Positions 53,864-64,000 of a stretch of 64,000 bases of DNA are shown in pieces. The DNA comes from Eledone cirrhosa. Its lineage: Eukaryota. The notes beneath the pieces were generated by a model, which was given only the letters and a program-made list of their open reading frames with translations, was not told the origin of the DNA and did no database searches. The DNA lies in assembly GCA_964016885.1 (NCBI GenBank), contig OZ024757.1:3844001-3908000 (forward strand), in the 5' to 3' direction. Within the stretch, counting starts at the first letter, position 1, and each line of letters opens with the position of its first letter. Made by a program: the position numbers and the translations under genes.

Positions 53864-54021
53864 ATTTATATGATTAGATGTTCACAGCCTTGAATTAAAT
53901 ACGGGGGTTGTTTAAAAGGTTCCTGGCTCGAGGCCCAACTTTCCTGACCGCTGAATTATATATGTGTGAATCTGTGAGTGAAGTAGTAACTAATTCTACC
54001 TCTAACCAAGAAACTTTGCAT

Positions 54022-54360
54022 AATATTTCTTTTTAGGTCCCTTAACTGCTGATGGAGATCCAGGGCCACAGTATTTGCAAACTGCGTTACTTTGGCTTTT
54101 GTTTTTCACCCTAGCGGAGTCCAAATCTCTCAAGGTCTGAACATATCAGATTTCTTCCAGAGAAGGATAGAAAGAACGACAGAGAGGAAGTGGGGAAGAG
54201 ATATAGAGGAAGAATTGACCCCAGTACTTGACCTGTACTTTTTTATCGACCTCGAAAGGATGAAAGAAAAAGTTGACCTCGGCGGGATTTGAACTCCAAG
54301 AGCAGAAAGATGGAACAAATACCACAAAACATTCTATATGACATTCTAACCACTCTACCA
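54022..54360 (-). mobile_element. tRNA-derived SINE (family A head with a different, longer tail)
   Basis: Minus: A-box TGGTAGAGTGG (54350-54360), B-box GTTCAAATCC (54285-54294), family-A core. Tail is paralogous to 49985-50680. Confidence 0.8.
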
Positions 54361-57300
54361 TTCTATCTGACGTTCTAACCACTCTACCATTCTATCTGAC
54401 GTTCTAACCACTCTACCATTCTATCTGACATTCTAACAACACTACCATTCTATTCGACGTTCTAACCACTCTACCATTCTATCTGACGTTCTAACCAGTC
54501 TACCATTCTATCTGACGTTCTAACCACTCTACCATTCTGTCTGACATTCTAACCACTCTACCATTCTATATGACATTCTAACCACTCTACCATTCTATCT
54601 GACATTCTAACCACTCTACCATTCTATATGACGGTCTAACCAGTCTACCATTCCATCTGACATTCTAACCACTCTACCGTTCTATTTGACGTTCTAACCA
54701 CTTTACCATTCTATCTGACATTCTAACCACTCTACCATTCTATTTGACGTTCAAACCACTGTACCATTCTATCTGACGTTCAAACCACTCTACCATTCTA
54801 TCTGACATTCTAACCACTCTACCATTCTATCTGACGTTCTAACCACTCTACCATTCTAACTAACATTCTAACCACACTACCATTCTATCTGACATTCTAA
54901 CCAATCTACCATTCTATCTGACGTTCTAACAACACTACCGTTCTAACTGACATTATAACCACTCTACCATTCTAACAGATATTCTAACCACTCTACCATT
55001 CTAACTGACATTCTAACCACACTACCACTCTATCTGACGTTCTGACCACTCTACCATTCTATCTGACATCCTAACCACTCTACCATTCTATCTAACATTC
55101 TAACCACTCTACCATTCTATCTAACGTTCAAATCACTCTACCATTCTATCTCCCATGCTAACTACTCTACCATTCTATCTACCATTCTAACCACTCTACC
55201 ATTCTATCTGACGTTCTAACCACTCTACCATTCTATCTGACGTTCAAACCACTCTATCATTCTATTTGACGTTCTACCCACTCTACCATTCTATCCGACG
55301 TTCTAACCACTCTACCACTCTATCTGACGTTCTAACGACGCTACCATTCTATTTGACGTTCTAATCACTCTACCATTCTATCTGACGTTCTAACCACTCT
55401 ACCATTTTAACTACTCTACCATTCTATCTGACGTTCTAACCACTCTACCATTCTAACCACTCTACCATTCTATCTACCATTCTAACCACGCTACCATTCT
55501 ATCTACCATTCTAACCACTCTACCATTCTATCTACCATTCTAACCACTCTACCATTCTATCTGACGTTCTAACCACTCTACCATTCAATCTACCATTCTA
55601 ACCACTCTACCATTCTATCTACCATTCTAACCGCTCTATCATTCTATCCGACGTTCTAACCACTCTACCATTCTAGACGACGTTCTAACCACCCTACCAT
55701 TCTATCTCACGTTCTAACCACTATACGAATCTATCTGACGTTCTAACGACTCTGCCATTCTATCTGACCTTCTAACCACTCTACCAGTCTATCTGACGTT
55801 ATTCCCACTCCTCCATTCTATCAGACATTCTAACCACTCTACCATTCTATCTGACGTTCTAACCACTCTACCATTCTATCTGACGTTCTAACCACTCTAC
55901 CATTCTATCTGATGTTCCATGCACTCTACCAATCTATCTGACGTTCTAACGCCTATACCATTCTATCTGACGTTCTAACCACTCTACCAATCTATCTGAC
56001 GTTCTAACGACTCTAACATTCTATCTGTTTTTTTTAACCACTCTATCTAACGTTCAAACCATTCTACCATTCTAACCATCTACCATTCTATCTACCATTC
56101 TAACCACTCTACCATTCTATATGCAATTCTAACCACTCTACCGATCTATCCGACGTTCTAACCACTCTACCATTCTATCCGACGTTCTAACGACTCTGCC
56201 AATCTATCCGACGTTCTAACCACTCTACCATTCTATCTGGGTTTTTTAACTACACTACCATTCTAACCACTCTACCATTCTATTTGACATTCTAACCACT
56301 CTACCATTCTACCTGACGTTCTATCCACTCTACCATCCTATCTGACCTTCTAACCACTCTACCATTCTATCTGACGTTCTAACCACTCTACCATTCTATC
56401 TGACGTTCTAACCACCTTACCATTCTATCTGACGGTCTAACCCCTCTACCATTCTATCTGACGTTCTAACCACTGTACCATTCTATCAGACTTTCTAACC
56501 TCTCTACCATTCTATGTGACATTCTAACAACTCAACCATTCTATCCGACGTTCTAACTACTCTAACATTCTATCAGACGTTCTAACCACTCTAACATTCT
56601 ATCCTATGTTCTACCACTCTACCATTCTATCTGACGTTGTAACCACTCTACCATTCTATCTGACGTTCTAAGCACCTCTACCATTCCATCTCACGTTCTA
56701 CCCACTCTACCATTCTATCTGACGTTCTAACCACCCTACCATTCTATCTCACGTTCTAACCACTCTACCATTCTATCTGACGTTCAAACCACTCTACCAT
56801 TCTATCTCCCATGTTAACCACTCTACCATTCTATCTACAATTCTAACCACTCTACCATTCTATCTGACGTTCTAACCACTCTACCATTCTATCTGACGTT
56901 CAACCACTCTATCATTCTATTGGACGTTCTAACCACTCTACCATTCTAACAACTCTACCATTCTATCCGACGTTCTAACCACTCTACCACTCTATCTACT
57001 CTACCATTCTATCTGACGTTCTAACCACTCTACCATTCTAACCACTCTACCATTCTATCTACCATTCTAACCACTCTACCATTCTATCTACCATTCTAAC
57101 CACTCTACCATACTATCTGACGTTCTAAGCACTCTACCGTTCTATCTACCATTCTAACCCCTCTACCATTCTATCTCCCATTCTAACCGCTCTATCATTC
57201 TATCATACGTTCTAACCACTCAACCATTCTAGACGACGTTCTAACCACCCTACGATTCTATCTCACGTTCTAACCACTTTACGAATCTATCTGACGTTCT

Positions 57301-60300
57301 AACGACTCTGCCATTCTATCTGACGTTCTAACCACTCTACCACTCTATCTCACGTTAATCCCACTCCTCCATTCTATCAGACATTCTAACCACTCTACCA
57401 TTCTGTCTGACGTTCTAACCACTCTACCATTCTATCTGACGTTCTAACCACTCTACCATTCTATCTGATGTTCCATGCACTCTACCAATCTATCTCACGT
57501 TCTAACGCCTATACCATTCTATCTGAAGTTCTAACCACTCTACCAATCTATCTGACGTTCTAACGACTCTAACATTCTATCTGTTTTTTTTAACCACTCT
57601 ATCTAACGTTCAAACCACTCTACCATTCTAACTATCTACCATTCTATCTACCATTCAAACCACTCTACCATTCTATCTACCATTCTAACAACTCAACCAA
57701 TCTATCCGACGTTCTAACCACTCTACCATTCTATCCGACGTTCTAACGACTCTGCCAATCTATCCGACGTTCTAACCACTCTACCATTCTACTTGGGTTT
57801 TTTAACCACACTACCATTCTAACCACTCTACCATTCTATCTGACGTTCTAACCACTCTACCATTCTACCTGACGTTCTATCCACTCTACCATCCTATCTG
57901 ACATTCAAACCACTCTACCATTCTATCTGACGTTCTAACCACTCTACCATTCTATCTGACGTTCTAACTACCATACCATTCTATCTGACGGTCTAACCAC
58001 TCTACCATTCTATCTGACGTTCTAACTACTCTACCATTCTATCAGACTTTCTAACCTTTCTACAATTCTATCCGACATTCTAACCACTCAACCATTCTAT
58101 CCGACGTTCTAACTACTCTAACATTCTATCAGACGTTCTAACCACTCTAACATTCTATCCTATGTTCTACCACTCTAACAATCTATCCGACGTCCTAACT
58201 ACTCTACCATTCTATCTGACGTTGTAACCACTCTACCATTCTATCTGACGTCCTAACTACTCTACCATTCTATCTGAGGTCCTTACCAATCTACCATTCT
58301 ATCTGAAGTTCTAACCACTCCACCATTATAACCACTCTACAATGCTATCTACCATTCTAACGACGCTCCCATTCCATCAACCATTATAACCACTCTACCA
58401 TTCTATCTGACGTTCTAACCACTCTACCATTCTATCTCGCGTTCTAACCACTCTACTATTCTATCTGACGTTCTAACCACTCTATCATTCTTTCTGACGT
58501 TCTAATCATACTACCATTCTATAAGACGTTCTGACCACTCTACCATTATATCCGACGTTCTAACCACTCTACCATTCTATCTGACGTTCTAACCACTCTA
58601 CCATTCTATCTGACGTTCTAACCACTCTACCATTCTATCTGCCATTCTAACCACTCTACCATTATATATGACGTTCTAACCACTCTACCATTTTATCTGA
58701 CGTTCAGACCACTCTACCATTCTATCTGACGTTCTAACCACTCTACCATTCTATCCGACGTTCTAACCACTCTACCATTCTAGCCGACGTTCTAACCACT
58801 CTTTTTTTTCTATCTGACGTTCCAACCACTCTACCAATCTATCTGACGTTCTAACGCATCTACCATTCTATCTGACGTTCTAACCACTCTACCAATCTAT
58901 CTGACGTTCTAACGACACTACTATTCTATCTGGGTTTTTTAACCACTCTACCATTCTATCTAGTTTGTTTAACCACTTTATCTGACGTACTAACAACTCC
59001 ACCATTCTATCCGACGTTTTAACCACTCTACCATTAAATTTGACGTTCTAACCACTCTACCATTCTAACCACTCTACCATTTTATCTGACGTTCTAACCA
59101 CTACCATTCTATCCGACGTTCTAACCACTCTACCATTCTATCAGACGTTCTAACCACTCTACCATTCTATCCGACGTTCTAACCACTCTAACATTTTATC
59201 CGACGTTCTAACTACTCTACCATTCTATCTGACGTTCTAACCACTCTACCATTCTATCTGACGTTCTAACCACTCTACCATTCTATCTGACGTTCTAACC
59301 ACTCTACCATTCTATCAGACGTTATGACCACTCTACCATTATATCCGACGTTCTAACCACTCTACCATTCTAACAACTCTACCATTCTATCTACCATTCT
59401 ATCTACCATTCTATCCGACTTTCTAAACACTCTACCATTCTATCCGACGTTCTAACGACTCTGCCAATCTATCCGAAGTTCTAACCACTCTACCATTCTA
59501 TCTAGTTTGTTTAACCACTCTATCTGACGTACTAACCACACTACCATTCTATCTGACGTTGTAACCACTCTACCATTATATGTGACGTTCTAACCACACT
59601 GCTATTCTATCAGACATTCTAACCTCTCTACCATTCTAACTAACGTTCTAACCACTACCATTCTATCCGACGTTCTAACCACTCTACCATTCTATCAGAC
59701 GTTCTAACCACTCTAACATTCTATCCGACGTTCTAACCGCTCAACCATTCTATCTGACGTCATAACCACTCTACCATTCTATCTGACGTTACTCCCACTC
59801 CACCATTCTATCAGACGTTTCAACCACTCTACCAATCTATCTGACGTTCTAACGCCTGTACCATTCTATCTGACGTTCTAACCACTCTACAAATCTATCT
59901 GACGTTCTAACGACTCTACCATTCTATCTGTTTTTTTAACCACTCTATCTGACGTTAAAACCACTCTACCGTTCTAACCACTCTACCATTCTATCTACCA
60001 TTCTAACCACTCTACTATTCTATCCGACATTCTAACCACTCTACCATTCTATAAGACGTTCTAACGACTCAGCCAATCTATCCGACGTTCTAACCACTCT
60101 ACCATTCTATCTGACGTTCTAACCACTCTACCATTCTATCTGACGTTCTAACCACCTTACCATTCTATCTGACGGTCTAACCACACTACCATTCTATCTG
60201 ACGTACTAACGACTCTACCATTCTATCCGACGTTTTAACCACTCTACCATTCTATCTGACGTTCTAACCACTCTACCATTCTATCCTACGTACTAACCAC

Positions 60301-63300
60301 TCTACCATTCTATCTGACGTTCTAACCACACTACCATTCTAACCACTCTACCGTTCTATCTACCATTCTAACCACTCTATCATTCTTACCGACGTTCTGA
60401 CCACTATACCATTCTATCTGACGTTCTAAACACTCTACCAATCTATCTGATGTTCTAACCGATCTACCATTCTATCTGACGTTCTAACCACTCTACCATT
60501 CTATCTGACGTTCTGACCACTCTACCATTCTATCTCACGTTCTAAACACTCTACCATTCTATCCGACGTTCTAACCACTCTACCATTCTATCCGACGTTC
60601 TAACGACTCTACCATTCTATTTGACGTTCTAACCACTCTACCATTCTATCTGCCGTTCTAACCACTCTACCATTCTAAACACTCTACCATTCTATCTACC
60701 ATTCTAACAACTCTACCATTCTATCTACCATTCTATCTACCATTCTATCCGACTTTCTAACCACTCTACCATTCTATCCGACGTTCTAACGACTCTGCCA
60801 ATCTATCCGAAGTTCTAACCACTCTACCATTCTATCTAGTTTGTTTAACCACTCTATCTGACGTACTAACCACACTACCATTCTATCTGACGTTGTAACC
60901 ACTCTACCATTATATGTGACGTTCTAACCACACTGCTATTCTATCAGACGTTCTAACCTCTCTACCATTCTAACTAACGTTCTAACCGCTACCGTTCTAT
61001 CCGACGTTCTAACCACTCTACCATTCTATCAGACGTTCTAACCACTCTAACATTCTATCCGACGTTCTAACTACTCTACCATTCTATCTGACGTTCTAAC
61101 CACTCTACCATTCTATCTGAAGTTCTAACCGCTCAACCATTCTCTCTGACGTCATAACCACTCTACCATTCTATCTGACGTTACTCCCACTCCACCATTC
61201 TATCAGACGTTTCAACCACTCTACCAATCTATCTGACGTTCTAACGCCTGTACCATTCTATCTGACGTTCTAACCACTCTACAAATCTATCTGACGTTCT
61301 AACGACTCTACCATTCTATCTGTTTTTTTAACCACTCTATCTGACGTTAAAACCACTCTACCGTTCTAACCACTCTACCATTCTATCTACCATTCTAACC
61401 ACTCTACTATTCTATCCGACATTCTGACCACTCTACCATTCTATGAGACGTTCTAACGACTCAGCCAATCTATCCGACGTTCTAACCACTCTACCATTCT
61501 ATCTGACGTTCTAACCACTCTACCATTCTATCTGACGTTCTAACCACCTTACCATTCTATCTGACGGTCTAACCACACTACCATTCTATCTGACGTACTA
61601 ACGACTCTACCATTCTATCCGACGTTTTAACCACTCTACCATTCTATCTGACGTTCTAACCACTCTACCATTCTATCTGACGTTCTAACCACTCTACCAT
61701 TCTATCCTACGTACTAACCACTCTACCATTCTATCTGACGTTCTAACCACACTACCATTCTAACCACTCTACCGTTCTATCTACCATTCTAACCACTCTA
61801 CCATTCTATCTACCATTCTAACCACTCTATCATTCTTACCGACGTTCTGACCACTATACCATTCTATCTGACGTTCTAAACACTCTACCAATCTATCCGA
61901 TGTTCTAACCGATCTACCATTCTATCTGACGTTCTAACCACTCTACCATTCTATCTGACGTTCTGACCACTCTACCATTCTATCTCACGTTCTAAACACT
62001 CTACCATTCTATCCGACGTTCTAACCACTCTACCATTCTATCCGACGTTCTAGCGACTCTACCATTCTATTTGACGTTCTAACAACTCTACCATTCTATC
62101 TGCCGTTCTAACCACTCTACCATTCTAAATATTCTACCATTCTATCTACCATTCTAACCACTCTACGATTCTATCTACCATTCTAACCGCTCTATCATTC
62201 TAGACGACGTTCTAACCACCCTACCATTCTATCTGATGTTCCATGCACTCTACCAATCTATGTGACGTTCTAACGCCTATACCATTCTATTTACGTTCTA
62301 ACCACTCTACCATTCTATCTGATGTTCCATGCACTCTAACATTCTATCTGACATTCTAACCACTCTACCATTCTATATGACATTCTAACCACACTACCAT
62401 TCTATCTGACGTTCTAACCACTCTACCATTCTATCTACCATTCTACCCACTCTAACATTCTATCTACCATTCTCACCGCTCTATCATTCTAGACGACGTT
62501 CTAACCACCCTACCATTCTATCTCACGTTCTAACCACTATACGTTCTATCTGACGTTCTAACGACTCTGCCATTCTATCTGACGTTCTAACCACTCTACC
62601 ACTCTATCTGACGTTATTCCCACTCCTCATTTCTATCAGACATTCTAATCACTCTACCATTCTATCTGACGTTCTAACCACTCTACCATTCTATCTGACG
62701 TTCTAACCACTCTACCATTCTATCTGATGTTCCATGCACTCTACCAATCTATGTGACGTTCTAACGCCTATACCATTCTATCTGACATTCTAACCACTCT
62801 ACCATTCTATATGAAATTCTAACCACTCTACCATTCTGTCTGACATTCTACCCACTCTACCATTCTATATGACGGTCTAATCAGTCTACCATTCTATCTG
62901 ACATTCTAACCACTCTACCGTTCTATTTGACGTTCTAACCACTTTACCATACTATCTGACATTCTAACCACTCTACCATTCTATCTGACGTTCTAACCAC
63001 TCTATGATTCTTACCGACGTTCTGACCACTATACCATTCTATCTGACGTTCTAAACACTCTACCAATATATCTGATGTTCTAACCGATCTAGCATTCTAT
63101 CTGACGTTCTAACCACTCTACCATTCTATCCGACGTTCTAACGACTCTACCATTCTATTTGACGTTCTAACCACTCTACCATTCTATCTGCCGTTCTAAC
63201 CACTCTACCATTCTAACCACTCTACCATTCTATCTACCATTCTAACCACTCTACCATTCTATCTACCATTCTAACCACTCTACCATACTATCTGACGTTC

Positions 63301-64000
63301 TAACCACTCTACCGTTCTATCTACCATTCTAACCACTCTACCATTATATCTACCATTCTAACCGCTCTATCATTCTAGACGACGTTCTAACCACCCTACC
63401 ATTCTATCTCACGTTCTAACAACTATACGTTCTATCTGACGTTCTAACGACTCTGCCATTCTATCTGACGTTCTAACCACTCTACCACTCTATCTGACGT
63501 TATTCCCACTCCTCCATTCTATCAGACATTCTAACCACTCTACCATTCTATCTGACGTTCTAACCACTCTACCATTCTATCTGACGTTCTAACCACTCTA
63601 CCATCCTATCTGATGTTCCATGCACTCTACCAATCTATGTGACGTTCTAACGACTATACCATTCTATCTGACGTTCTAACCACTCTACCAATCTATCTGA
63701 CGTTCTAACGACTCAAACATTCTATCTGTTTTTTTTAACCACTCTATCTAACGTTCAAACCACTCTACCATTCTAACAACTCTACCATTCTATCTACCAT
63801 TCTAACCACTCTACCAATCCATCAGACGTTCTGACCACTCTACCATTATATCCGACGTTCTAACCACTCTACCATTCTATCTGACGTTCTAACCACTCTA
63901 CCATTCTATCTGACATTCTAACCACTCTACCATTCTATCTGACGTTCTAACCACTCTACCATTCTATCTGCCCTTCTAACCACTCTACCATTTTATCTGA
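54332..64000. repeat. 29-bp satellite (TTCTATCTGACGTTCTAACCACTCTACCA), roughly 330 units, runs off window end
   Basis: Visible tandem repetition with shorter sub-units. Confidence 0.98.

Noticed and set aside
49985-54140. Two TTTCTTTTTAG splice-acceptor-like sites as duplicated host exons
   Set aside because: Both belong to the paralogous SINE tail on the opposite strand, and the downstream frames stop quickly.
54332-64000. Telomeric repeat
   Set aside because: Contains CTAACC but not tandem (CCCTAA)n; the period is 29 bp.

Overview
Gene-free, repeat-saturated animal genomic DNA. The SINE, LINE and (TA)n content looks cephalopod/Octopus-like, which is an inference from remembered family features and not a database match. 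No host protein-coding gene can be supported, and nearly all listed ORFs are translations of micro- or minisatellites. The window holds large satellite arrays (43/54-bp at 1-13.6 kb, 22-bp, 24-bp, 72-bp, and 29-bp at 54.3-64 kb), decayed non-LTR retrotransposons (L1/Tx1-like, CR1-like, RTE-like), two Penelope-like elements (PLEs), and several tRNA-derived SINEs. The main signal is a dense set of type-I hammerhead ribozyme motifs inside short elements inserted in (TA)n tracts. Best supported is a ~466-bp non-coding unit, repeated head-to-tail and then inverted (35.9-38.1 kb, diverged relative at 45.9-46.8 kb). Each unit carries one minimal hammerhead, making it a candidate retrozyme (circular-RNA-forming non-autonomous retroelement). 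Other hammerheads have unusually long, partly conserved stem-II insertions. The 29-bp terminal satellite appears to be an amplified Pol III A-box from the SINE it is attached to. All alignments and folds were done by eye.
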